Positions 9,433-18,136 of a stretch of 64,000 nt of DNA are shown here, one piece after another. A model generated the notes under the pieces. It worked only from the letters and a program-made list of their open reading frames with translations, did no database searches and was not told the DNA's origin. Positions within the stretch are counted from its first letter, which is position 1. Each line of letters begins with the position of its first letter. Source of the stretch: Anaerolineales bacterium (lineage in GTDB: Bacteria; Chloroflexota; Anaerolineae; Anaerolineales; E44-bin32); contig JARRJK010000027.1 of assembly GCA_037379555.1 (NCBI GenBank), positions 1,285-65,284 on the forward strand, in the 5' to 3' direction. Position numbers and translations under genes: made by a program.

Positions 9433-10053
9433 ATGGATCGTAAGCATTTAGCAGAAAATCGATCGGCTGTCTCTCACATTGAGGAACCGCCCTTCGCGCG
9501 CAGCCTGTTCGGCAGTACGCGCTGGGCCTGGCTCTGGCTGCTGGTCCGGCTGTACGCCGGGTACCAGTGGGTGGCGGCCGGTTGGGACAAGCTGCACAAC
9601 CCGGCCTGGGTCGGCGCAAAATCGGGTACGGCACTCGCCGGCTTCGTGCAGAACGCCCTGAGTAAGACCAGCGGCGCGCACCCCGATGTGCAGTCCTGGT
9701 ATGCATGGTTTCTCAATCATCTCGTGCTGCCGTATCCGAGCGCCTGGAGCTACCTGGTCTCGATCGGCGAGTTCCTGGTCGGGGTCGCCCTGATTATCGG
9801 CCTGTTCGTGGGCATCGCCGCTTTCTTTGGCCTGTTCATGAACACGAGTTATCTGCTCGCTGGGTCTGTCAGCATCAACCCGATCCTGCTCATCATGGCG
9901 CTGTTTCTGATTCTCGCCTGGAGGGTTGCGGGTTGGCTTGGAGTAGATCGCTGGGTTCTGCCGGCGCTCGGTACGCCGTGGAGTCCGGGGTATGTGTTCC
10001 ATATCGAACACGGTAGTGGTGGGGGATTGCAGCAAGAAGGGCGGTCCGCCTGA
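9433..10053 (+). CDS. DoxX-family membrane protein
   Basis: 206 aa. ...WAWLWLLVRLYAGYQWVAAGWDKL... and four predicted TM helices typical of DoxX/DoxD. Confidence 0.75.
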   Translation: MDRKHLAENRSAVSHIEEPPFARSLFGSTRWAWLWLLVRLYAGYQWVAAGWDKLHNPAWVGAKSGTALAGFVQNALSKTSGAHPDVQSWYAWFLNHLVLPYPSAWSYLVSIGEFLVGVALIIGLFVGIAAFFGLFMNTSYLLAGSVSINPILLIMALFLILAWRVAGWLGVDRWVLPALGTPWSPGYVFHIEHGSGGGLQQEGRSA

Positions 10054-10064
10054 AAGGTGAAGCG

Positions 10065-10718
10065 ATGATGGCGTCGATAGAAGACGAGATGGACCTGCCG
10101 ATGGGGGCGCTGGTCTATAGCGGAGCCGGAACCTGCGGGGAAAGCGTATGCGTGGTGATCAATCCCGCGACCGATCGGGTCACGGATGTGGTCGTCGAGC
10201 TGACAAAACCCACAGGGCGTGAGGTGCTGATGCCGCTGGAGTTCATCCAGGAGGTGACGGAAGATGGCATCGGAGTCGATCTTACATGTGATGAGCTACG
10301 CGAGCTGCCCCCCTTCCGGCGCACTGATTTCTTCGAGGTCGAGCTGCCTGCAGAGACTGCGGGCGGCCCGTTCGTGATGTGGCCGTACGTCGTCCCGGAA
10401 CTGCATGAGATGCCCGTTGAGACAGAAATGGTGCCACCAGATGAGCTGGCTATTCATCGAGGGGCCGAGGTGATCTCGGAAGACAGTCCGGTGGGCAAAG
10501 TCGATGAGTTTCTGATCGATCCGGAGAGCGAGCATGTCACACACCTCGTGATGCGTGAGGGGCATCTCTGGGGCCAGCGCGACGTGCTGATTCCGATTTC
10601 GGCGATCGCGCGCATGGATGATGACGAAGTGATCCTTAGGCTCGGTAAGGAGGAGATCGAGGCTTTGCCGCAGATCCCGGTCCACCGTGATTATCACTGG
10701 AGACGGATGAAGAAATAA
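10065..10718 (+). CDS. PRC-barrel domain protein (two PRC-like modules)
   Basis: 217 aa. VGKVDEFLIDPESEHVTHLVMREGHLWGQRDVLIPISAI... is a typical PRC-barrel signature. An N-terminal module has a similar pattern. Confidence 0.7.
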   Translation: MMASIEDEMDLPMGALVYSGAGTCGESVCVVINPATDRVTDVVVELTKPTGREVLMPLEFIQEVTEDGIGVDLTCDELRELPPFRRTDFFEVELPAETAGGPFVMWPYVVPELHEMPVETEMVPPDELAIHRGAEVISEDSPVGKVDEFLIDPESEHVTHLVMREGHLWGQRDVLIPISAIARMDDDEVILRLGKEEIEALPQIPVHRDYHWRRMKK

Positions 10719-10797
10719 GCATATCCTGCCCCGGACGGCGCGGCCTCGGGGAACATCTACGCCCGCCGCGACCGGGCTTATCGTTCTGGAGATACCT

Positions 10798-11919
10798 ATG
10801 ATACGCAGACACACCATACCGCTGGGCCATTTCTTTGGCATTCCGCTCGAACTCGATTATTCGTGGTTCCTGATCTTCGCGCTGATGACCTGGCTGCTGG
10901 CGGTTAGCTACTTCCCGGCCGAGTTTTCCAACTGGCCGACAGCTGAATACTGGCTGGTTGGCGCGGCTACTGCGTTGATGCTTTTTGTGAGCGTTGTGCT
11001 GCATGAACTGGGACATTCGGTTGTCGCACAGCGCTTCCGCATCACCGTACGACGCATCACGCTGTTTGTCTTCGGCGGCGTCTCGGATATCGCCTCCGAG
11101 CCTCCCAGCGCGGGCGCCGAATTCTGGATCGCGATCGCCGGCCCGGTGGTCAGCCTGGCCCTGGCGGGGATTTTCGCCCTGCTGAGCTCGGCCGTGACGG
11201 CCTCGCAGCCGCTCCTGGCGCTGGTAAAGTACCTGGCCTACATCAACGCGGTGCTGGCGATCTTCAACCTGATCCCTGGCTTTCCGCTCGACGGAGGAAG
11301 GGTCTTCCGGGCGATTGTATGGGGTGTGACGAAGAATCTACGCCGGGCGACGGTTATCGCCGCCAACGTTGGGCGGTTCATCGCCTTTGGATTCATCCTG
11401 TTCGGCGTGTGGCAGGTGCTGACCGGCAACCTGGCCGGCGGCATTTGGATCGCGTTCATCGGCTGGTTCCTGGAGAGCGCAGCTTCGTCGCAAATCCAGC
11501 AGCAGATGGTTTCCCGTTTGCTGCAAGGGCACAGCGTGCGCGAGGCGATGGACAGGAGCTATACCTCGATCGATGCCGACGAGACTCTTCAGCAGCTGGT
11601 GGATGAGCGCATTCTCTCGGGGGGCGGGCGCAGCTTCATTGTTAAAAGTGGAGGCGAGCCGGCGGGATTCCTGACCATTCATCAGATACGCGAAGTGCCG
11701 CGCGACCAGTGGAACAGCACCCGGGCGCGTGACTGCATGCTGTCGCTAACCGAGGTGCATACGGTCCCTCCCGAGGAAGACATGATGGAAGCGATGAAGG
11801 AGATGGACAGCGACGGCGTCAACCAGCTGCCGGTTGTGCGCGAGGGTCATATCCTCGGCTTGCTTTCACGCGAATCGATCATTACCTACCTGCGCAACGC
11901 CCAGGAACTCGGCTATTGA
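10798..11919 (+). CDS. site-2 protease family (peptidase M50) with C-terminal CBS pair
   Basis: 373 aa. HELGHS zinc motif in TM helix, NLIPGFPLDGGR motif, then tandem CBS-like region (…VREAMDRSYTSID… and …GVNQLPVVREGHILGLLSRESI…). Confidence 0.9.
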   Translation: MIRRHTIPLGHFFGIPLELDYSWFLIFALMTWLLAVSYFPAEFSNWPTAEYWLVGAATALMLFVSVVLHELGHSVVAQRFRITVRRITLFVFGGVSDIASEPPSAGAEFWIAIAGPVVSLALAGIFALLSSAVTASQPLLALVKYLAYINAVLAIFNLIPGFPLDGGRVFRAIVWGVTKNLRRATVIAANVGRFIAFGFILFGVWQVLTGNLAGGIWIAFIGWFLESAASSQIQQQMVSRLLQGHSVREAMDRSYTSIDADETLQQLVDERILSGGGRSFIVKSGGEPAGFLTIHQIREVPRDQWNSTRARDCMLSLTEVHTVPPEEDMMEAMKEMDSDGVNQLPVVREGHILGLLSRESIITYLRNAQELGY

Positions 11920-11955
11920 CGAGGGTGCGGGCGGTTTTAATCACGTTTTATATTC

Positions 11956-12810
11956 GTGACCGGGTGTTGCATGGCTGCTGAGCAGATGCTGGTCGCGGTG
12001 GATGGCTCGCGGCCAGCCCAGTCGGCCGCGATGATCGGGTTGTGGCTGGCGCGTGCGCTGGATTACCACGTGTATGCGCAGTTCATCGTCGAGGCGGCTG
12101 AAGTCGAGGATCCCTACACCGAGCGCGGGCCGGAGGTCCTTGGGGGGCGGGGTGCGCGTTCCCCGGAGGAGACCGTCGCGCTGGATGAAGCCTACGGACA
12201 GCAGGTGCTGGACGAATTGATCCTCGCCGCCGAAGCGCTGGAGCTGCAGATCAGCAGCGAAATTGATTTCGGCGGCGTGGTGCCGGTCTTGAAGGATGCG
12301 GCAGAGGAAAGCGCACTGGTCACCTTGGGCAGGCGAGGTCTGGAGCACGGCGATGATGAGGGCGCCCTCGGTTCGAACTTCGAGGCGCTGCTCGCCGGCC
12401 TGGAGCAACCGCTGCTGATAGGCGGCGGCAACCTGCCCCGATCACTCGATCGCATCCTGCTTGCCTACGATGGAAGCGATGCGGCCGACGCAGCGCTGGG
12501 TTGGGCTGTACGTCTGAGACGAGCGTTGACCGGCCTGGGGGTCGACATCCTGGCGGTCGAGGAACGAACTTCCTCCAGCGAAGTGGCTGAAGCATGGCTC
12601 CAGGAGGCGCTTTCGGCTTTCAGCGCTACGAGCGATCCGCCGCTGGCGTTCACACATCGCGGCGAGCCCGGTCATGAGATCCTCGCTGCGGCGGAAGAGC
12701 ACGGGTCCGATTTAATCCTGATGGGCCGCCCGGCCTTGATTCTGGGCGGCGCGCCCGGCAAGACCCTGCGGAACGTGCTGCGCGGGGGCGAGGCTGTGCT
12801 GCTGCCATGA
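11956..12810 (+). CDS. tandem universal stress protein (UspA) domain protein
   Basis: 284 aa, two Usp domains (MLVAVDGS... and RILLAYDGSDAADAAL...LILMGRPA). The start is uncertain (ATGs at 11971 and 11986 also possible). Confidence 0.8.
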   Translation: MTGCCMAAEQMLVAVDGSRPAQSAAMIGLWLARALDYHVYAQFIVEAAEVEDPYTERGPEVLGGRGARSPEETVALDEAYGQQVLDELILAAEALELQISSEIDFGGVVPVLKDAAEESALVTLGRRGLEHGDDEGALGSNFEALLAGLEQPLLIGGGNLPRSLDRILLAYDGSDAADAALGWAVRLRRALTGLGVDILAVEERTSSSEVAEAWLQEALSAFSATSDPPLAFTHRGEPGHEILAAAEEHGSDLILMGRPALILGGAPGKTLRNVLRGGEAVLLP

Positions 12811-13931
12811 GCGCCCACGACGGTGCGGGTACACAGGCTGGCGAGGGGCGCCAGCTGCGAGATTCCAGAACCGGTTTCCAGCTTCCTGGTCGCTGGGAAA
12901 TTCGTGCCTGGTTCTTGCTGTTCTCCCTCAGCCTGGCGATCTGGTTCGTCATCGCCAGCATGCCGCTCATCATCGAGACGTTCTCGCTGCTCTTCGGCGC
13001 GCTGCTGGTCGGTCTGGCGCTCGAACCGCTTGTGGGGCGCGTGTCGAGATGGATCCCGCGCTCATTGAGTGTGCTGCTGCTCTACCTGATCTTGATCGGC
13101 ATCCTTTCCGGCCTGGGAAGGCTGCTGATGCCCTTCATCAACGAGGAACTGGCAACGCTGCAGTCACAGGGCCCGGCGCTGTGGAATTCCATTTCGACCA
13201 CTCTCTCAAACACACCGCTGATCGGGCAGCTGATTCCCTCGCCGGCCAGCGCAGCCAACACGCTGGCTCAGCGTATGGACACGCTTGTGCAGGCCATCGT
13301 CGGCACGGTGAGCGGGGTCGGGAATGCCGGCCTGGATATCGCGGTGGTTTTCATCGTGGCGTACTTCGGGGTGGTCTCGAAGGATGATTTCACCAGCGCC
13401 CTCGACCGTTGGATCCCGCCGGGGGTCCAGGACGATCTCAAGCGGATCCTCGGCCGGGTCCTGGACGGTCTCGGACGCTGGGTGCGAGCCCAGCCGCTGG
13501 TCGTGCTCTATTTCGCCTTCGGCTTCAGCGTGATTCTGGCGCTGCTCGGCGTGCCGTTCGCCCTGGCGATTGGCCTCGTCGGCGGCGTCTTGAGCATCAT
13601 CCCCTTTGTGGGCGGATTCATCGCTATCATCCTCGGCGTGCTCAGTGCGCTGACGGTTGCACCGATTCTGGCCCTGTGGGTTACGCTGGCGTTCGCAGCC
13701 TGGATCGAGCTTGAAGGGCATTTGATCGCGCCGGCGATTTTCGGCCGGGCGCTGCGTCTGCATCCGGCGTTGGTGCTGATGGCGATGCTGATCGGCACCA
13801 AGGCTGGCGGGCTGATCGGCTTGCTGTATTCCATACCGCTGACGGTAGTCCTGATGGTCTTGCTGAACGAGCTGCGAAGCCGTTGGATGGGGGAAAAAAC
13901 GGTCGAAGCCACTGTCGGTTCGGACGCCTGA
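12807..13931 (+). CDS. AI-2E family transporter (PerM/UPF0118)
   Basis: 374 aa, multi-TM, characteristic ...SIIPFVGGFIAIILGVL... segment. ATGA overlap with the upstream Usp gene. Confidence 0.85.
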   Translation: MSAHDGAGTQAGEGRQLRDSRTGFQLPGRWEIRAWFLLFSLSLAIWFVIASMPLIIETFSLLFGALLVGLALEPLVGRVSRWIPRSLSVLLLYLILIGILSGLGRLLMPFINEELATLQSQGPALWNSISTTLSNTPLIGQLIPSPASAANTLAQRMDTLVQAIVGTVSGVGNAGLDIAVVFIVAYFGVVSKDDFTSALDRWIPPGVQDDLKRILGRVLDGLGRWVRAQPLVVLYFAFGFSVILALLGVPFALAIGLVGGVLSIIPFVGGFIAIILGVLSALTVAPILALWVTLAFAAWIELEGHLIAPAIFGRALRLHPALVLMAMLIGTKAGGLIGLLYSIPLTVVLMVLLNELRSRWMGEKTVEATVGSDA

Positions 13932-14019
13932 CCGCATTCATCACGATCGAACCCGTCTTCAATCCGCACCGTTTCTACTCGTTCAAGCAGATAACCAATC
14001 TGGATCAAAGGAAAACCGT

Positions 14020-14715
14020 ATGGAAAGTCGACAGCATCAAGAACCGCATTTTCAAGCCTCGGACACGGTGCGCGACATCGTGATCGGCATGTCCGATGGA
14101 TTGACGGTACCGTTTGCAATCGCTGCCGGCCTGTCCGGAGTCGGGGCTTCAACGACGATCGTCGTCACCGGCGGTCTGTCGGAAATCGCCGCCGGCGCGA
14201 TCGCCATGGGCCTGGGCGGCTATCTTGCCGCGCGCACCGACATGGAGCATTACAACGTCGAGCGTAAACGCGAGCAGCGCGAGGTGGAGGAGAAACCGGG
14301 AGCCGAGCGGGCGGAGGTGGCTGACATTCTCGGCCGCTACGGGCTGTCAGACGAATCGACCTCGGCCGTGCTGGACGTCTTCGAGGATAAACCCGAGAAA
14401 TGGGTCGATTTCATGATGCAGTTGGAGCTGGGGCTCGATAAGCCTGAGCCGCGCCGGGCGATTCAGAGTGGGCTGACAATCGGCATGTCCTACATCGTCG
14501 GCGGTTTCATCCCGCTCACGCCCTACATTGTGTTGGGAAAAGTGGGCACAGCGCTGCCGGTTTCGGTCGGTGTCACGCTGCTGGCGCTGCTGATCTTCGG
14601 CTACGTCAAAGGCCGCGTAACGGGTGTGAGTGCGCTGCGCTCGGGCCTGCAGACCGGACTGGTTGGATCGCTGGCAGCCGGCGCGGCTTTCCTGCTGGCG
14701 CGCCTGATCGGCTGA
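14020..14715 (+). CDS. VIT1/CCC1-family iron/manganese transporter
   Basis: 231 aa. VRDIVIGMSDGLTVPFAIAAGLSG, a central acidic cytoplasmic helix region, and C-terminal TM bundle. Confidence 0.9.
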   Translation: MESRQHQEPHFQASDTVRDIVIGMSDGLTVPFAIAAGLSGVGASTTIVVTGGLSEIAAGAIAMGLGGYLAARTDMEHYNVERKREQREVEEKPGAERAEVADILGRYGLSDESTSAVLDVFEDKPEKWVDFMMQLELGLDKPEPRRAIQSGLTIGMSYIVGGFIPLTPYIVLGKVGTALPVSVGVTLLALLIFGYVKGRVTGVSALRSGLQTGLVGSLAAGAAFLLARLIG

Positions 14716-14719
14716 CGCG

Positions 14720-16006
14720 ATGACGGAGGACCTGCGCGGTTCACGCCTGAGCGAGCGGGCGCGCCGCGTGCTGGAAGGCAAGGCGGGCGGCAACTGGTTC
14801 ACCCGCCTGCTTCCGTTCCTGGGGCCGGCGTTCATCGCCAGCGTGGCCTACATCGATCCTGGTAACTACGCTACCAACATCCAGGCCGGGGCCAGCTTCA
14901 ACTACACGCTGCTGTGGGTGATCGTAGCCAGCAACCTGATGGCGATGCTTATTCAGGCCATCTCGGCCAAGCTGGGCATCGCCACCGGGAGAAACCTGGC
15001 CGAGCTGTGCCGGGAGCGCTTTCCGCAGCCAGTTGTCTGGGGTATGTGGGTCGTGATGGAGCTGGTGGCGATGGCGACCGACCTGGCCGAGTTCTTGGGA
15101 GCGGCGCTGGGTTTCAACCTGCTCTTCGGCATGCCGCTGCTGCAGGCCGGCTTGATGACCGGCGTGGCGACGTTCATCATCCTCGGTCTGGAACAGTACG
15201 GTTTCCGTCCGCTGGAGGCCATGATCACGGCGCTGGTCGGGGTCGTGGCCGCGAGTTATCTGGTCGAGACCGTGCTCGACAAACCCAATTGGGCGCAGGT
15301 GCTGCAGCACGCCGTGGTGCCGGAGTTCAGGGGACCCGAGAGCATCGTGCTGGCAGCCGGCATCCTCGGCGCGACGGTCATGCCGCATGCGATCTTCCTG
15401 CACTCGGCGCTGACGCAGCGTCGAATTCAGACCGACAAAGCGGCGCAGAAACAGCTGCTGTTTCGTTACGAGAGCCTGGATGTGCTGCTGGCGATGGGGG
15501 TGGCGGGGCTGGTGAACGCTGCGATGCTGATCATGGCGGCGGCGACATTCTATCGTGCCGGAAGGACGGACGTGGGCACGATTGAGCAGGCGCACCGCAC
15601 GCTCGAGCCGCTGCTTGGAAGCGCCGCCAGCTGGGTCTTCGCCATCTCGCTGCTGGCCTCCGGGCTGTCGTCAGCCTCGGTCGGGACGATGGCCGGCCAG
15701 GTGATCATGCAGGGCTTTCTGGAGCGCAAGATCCCGATCTGGGTCCGGCGCCTGGTGACGATGATCCCCTCCCTGGTCGTGATCGCGCTCGGGCTCGAGC
15801 CGACCACGATCCTCGTGCTCAGCCAGGTCGTGCTCAGCTTTGGCCTGCCGTTTACGGTTTACCCGCTGTGGCGCTTCACGCGCGACAGGGAATTAATGGG
15901 TAATCTCGTCAACCGCCGCGCCACCACCTGGGTGCTGGCCGCGATCCTAGGGATGATCGCGCTGCTGAACGTCGTGCTCATTGTCCAGACAGTGCGCGGC
16001 GGCTGA
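14720..16006 (+). CDS. mntH: Nramp-family divalent metal (Mn2+/Fe2+) transporter MntH
   Basis: 428 aa. AYIDPGNYATNIQAGA (DPGN motif) and VMPHAIFLHSAL. 11-TM organisation. Confidence 0.95.
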   Translation: MTEDLRGSRLSERARRVLEGKAGGNWFTRLLPFLGPAFIASVAYIDPGNYATNIQAGASFNYTLLWVIVASNLMAMLIQAISAKLGIATGRNLAELCRERFPQPVVWGMWVVMELVAMATDLAEFLGAALGFNLLFGMPLLQAGLMTGVATFIILGLEQYGFRPLEAMITALVGVVAASYLVETVLDKPNWAQVLQHAVVPEFRGPESIVLAAGILGATVMPHAIFLHSALTQRRIQTDKAAQKQLLFRYESLDVLLAMGVAGLVNAAMLIMAAATFYRAGRTDVGTIEQAHRTLEPLLGSAASWVFAISLLASGLSSASVGTMAGQVIMQGFLERKIPIWVRRLVTMIPSLVVIALGLEPTTILVLSQVVLSFGLPFTVYPLWRFTRDRELMGNLVNRRATTWVLAAILGMIALLNVVLIVQTVRGG

Positions 16007-16021
16007 CAGAGAGGATCCTGA

Positions 16022-16471
16022 CTACTCCATCGGCTGCGCCGGGATGAACGGATCGCCCAGGACCGTTGTAAGCGCCTGAACGGCCGACGGAGAATTTCCA
16101 ATCAGAATCACCAGCAGCCTGCCGTGAGCCCACATCGTGGGCTGCCCGGCCCAATCGACGGCGGCTTTGTCGACCAGATAGCCATCGGGCGAAATCAGGC
16201 CGGTGGCCTCAGAACGCACGGTGTCCGATGCATAGACGTAGACCTGGACCGGCGCGCCGTCGACGGTGATCCCCTGGCCGACGACGTCGAAGAACGGCTG
16301 ATGGATCTCGCCGGTGGACTCAACCACCGCGCCGTTCTCCTGCAGGGCCGCAACCAGGGTGTCGTAATCCACCACGTTCTTTGTTGCCGCCGATGAACCA
16401 TAGCCGGCGCATGCGCCGAGCAGGAGCGCGGCTCCCAGCAGCATGGTGGTAATTCGCAATGTAGATTTCAT
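16022..16471 (-). CDS. putative lipoprotein, function unknown
   Basis: ORF 16022..16522. I prefer the ATG at 16471 (MKSTLRITTMLLGAALLLGACAGYG, lipobox LGAC) because GGAGG lies 7 nt upstream. Confidence 0.6.
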   Translation of the reverse strand: MKSTLRITTMLLGAALLLGACAGYGSSAATKNVVDYDTLVAALQENGAVVESTGEIHQPFFDVVGQGITVDGAPVQVYVYASDTVRSEATGLISPDGYLVDKAAVDWAGQPTMWAHGRLLVILIGNSPSAVQALTTVLGDPFIPAQPME

Positions 16472-16608
16472 TTCCGTACCTCCGCAGATATACTTTCCAC
16501 AACTTCCCTGAGTCGATCTCAACCGGATCTCCTCCGGATTCGTTTGGTTTCACATGCAATGTACCACCTCTGCCGTCGATCGAAGCGACGCCGCGGATCC
16601 CAATGCGT

Positions 16609-16640
16609 GGACTTTAAACTGGCCTTAACCACTTAATAAG
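16609..16640 (-). promoter_or_regulatory. copy E of the bipartite motif (short form), 138 nt upstream of the lipoprotein gene
   Basis: Minus strand reads CTTATTAAGTGGTTAAGGCCAGTTTAAAGTCC, i.e. CTTATT-N5-GTTAAG-N7-TAAAGTCC. Same spacing as copy D. Confidence 0.4.
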
Positions 16641-16861
16641 CTCGGTGTAAGGAGCCAGGATGGTCTCATCCGGTAGGCTGGTATGCGAACAATTTCACGA
16701 AAGGTCCGGCTTGGCGGTGAAGAAGCCATGCTTGCAAGGGCGCGCCAGGCGAGACGGGCCCCGAGAAGCGGTTGGCTGCGCTAGCAGACGACGATCGGCC
16801 CGTTCTCGTAAGCTCGTTGCGGCTGAGGGTAAGCGATGAGCGGTGTAAGCCGCGGAGTGTG

Positions 16862-16896
16862 ATCAAGCGCGCCAGCGGAGGACCGGCGCGCTTGAT
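16862..16896 (-). terminator. perfect 12-bp stem hairpin at the 3' end of the lipoprotein gene (no U tract)
   Basis: ATCAAGCGCGCC (16862..16873) and GGCGCGCTTGAT (16885..16896) flank an 11-nt loop. The stem overlaps the stop codon of the 16896..17342 gene. Confidence 0.4.
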
Positions 16897-17342
16897 TATC
16901 CATCGGTCGAGAACCGTCCCAGGTTGGGGCCATCTGCCCCGCTGGTGATTTCGAAGTGCGCCACGCTCGACCCCAGCTGCGGAACACCCCACTGCAGGAC
17001 GTAGCTCCCGGGCTCGAGCGGTCCTTCCCAGATGATGACGTTCTGCGGTTGGCCGATCCCCGGTCGAATCTGGGGCAGCAGCCCCTCACCGGAGGCGCGC
17101 CGCTCGCCGTCGGTAGTGGTGAGAGTCCAAGAATCCTGGTACGTGTCGGCAGGGATCTCGGCCTGGCCGTGATTCACGACCCCCAGCGCGAGCGTGAACG
17201 TGCCGGAGGTGCTTTCGGCAAGGGAAATCGTGAATTCAACCTCGTCCGGGGCAGGAGTCGGAGGTGCTGAGCTGGGCGTGGCAGGAGCGCACGCGGCGAG
17301 AAGCGAGAGGAGCAGAATGATGCGCGCAGTCTTTGTAAGCAT
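16896..17342 (-). CDS. putative lipoprotein, function unknown
   Basis: ORF 16896..17378. The likely start is the ATG at 17342 (MLTKTARIILLLSLLAACAPATP, lipobox LAAC). Confidence 0.6.
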   Translation of the reverse strand: MLTKTARIILLLSLLAACAPATPSSAPPTPAPDEVEFTISLAESTSGTFTLALGVVNHGQAEIPADTYQDSWTLTTTDGERRASGEGLLPQIRPGIGQPQNVIIWEGPLEPGSYVLQWGVPQLGSSVAHFEITSGADGPNLGRFSTDG

Positions 17343-17426
17343 GATGGGGGTCCTTTCTGCAAGTTCAGGCTCCATCATACCTGATCGAAGACCGACCTGG
17401 TGCTGCAGGTGGCGCTTGAACAGGTA

Positions 17427-18077
17427 TCAGCCGGCGAGTTCGGAGGCTGCGCTCACCGCCCGGGCGACGGCGCTCATGGCGTCCTCGGCGTAGCCGTCGG
17501 CGCCGATTTGCGCGGCCCACTCCGCTGTGACGGGCGCTCCGCCGACGAGCACCTTCACCCGCTTCCGGAGGCCGGCTTCCTTGAGCGCTTCGATCAGCTC
17601 ACGCTGCTTGACCATCGTGGTCGTCAGGAGAGCAGACGCTCCGACGAGCGTCGCGCCCGTCTCTTCGATCGCGTCGATGAACAACTGCGCGTTGCAGTTC
17701 ACGCCGAGATCGGTCACGCGGAATCCGTTGGCTGAAAGCATGCTGGCGACAAGCGTCTTGCCGATCTCGTGCACATCGCCCTCAACTGTGCCGATGACGA
17801 CATGGCCGGCGACCTGGCGCTGCTGATCTCCGACCATCGCCGGCTCGAGAATGGCGAGCGCAGCCTTCATCGCTTCCCCGGCGGCAATCAGATCGGGCAG
17901 GAAGTACTCGCCGCTTGAAAACAGCTCACCCACGCGGTTCATGCCGGGCGTGAGTCCCTGGTTGATGCAGGCCAAAGGGTTCAGTCCAAGCGTGAGAGCC
18001 TGTTCGGCAAGCCTGGTCGAGGCTTGTGCATCTCCGGCGATGACGGCTTCGGATAGTTGGCTGAACTGCTGATCCAC
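17427..18077 (-). CDS. cobalamin-binding corrinoid protein (methyltransferase-cognate type, MtbC/MtmC-like)
   Basis: 216 aa. B12-binding_2 helical cap followed by a Rossmann B12 domain with the DxHxxG motif (GDVHEIGK) and ...GGAPVT. Confidence 0.85.
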   Translation of the reverse strand: MDQQFSQLSEAVIAGDAQASTRLAEQALTLGLNPLACINQGLTPGMNRVGELFSSGEYFLPDLIAAGEAMKAALAILEPAMVGDQQRQVAGHVVIGTVEGDVHEIGKTLVASMLSANGFRVTDLGVNCNAQLFIDAIEETGATLVGASALLTTTMVKQRELIEALKEAGLRKRVKVLVGGAPVTAEWAAQIGADGYAEDAMSAVARAVSAASELAG

Positions 18078-18136
18078 TGTTTTGCCCTCCAGCGTAGGTG
18101 AAGGCAGGCTGTTTTTGCCTGGCTTGAATGGCGGAA

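Noticed and set aside
12371-12382. tRNA-like T-arm strings (GGTTCGAA at about 12370 and GTTCGAATC at about 32043), and a search for tRNA, rRNA, tmRNA and RNase P genes in the intergenic gaps.
   Set aside because: Both strings lie inside confident CDSs without flanking acceptor or anticodon stems. No gap contains the RNase P (GAGGAAAGUCC) or tmRNA hallmarks.
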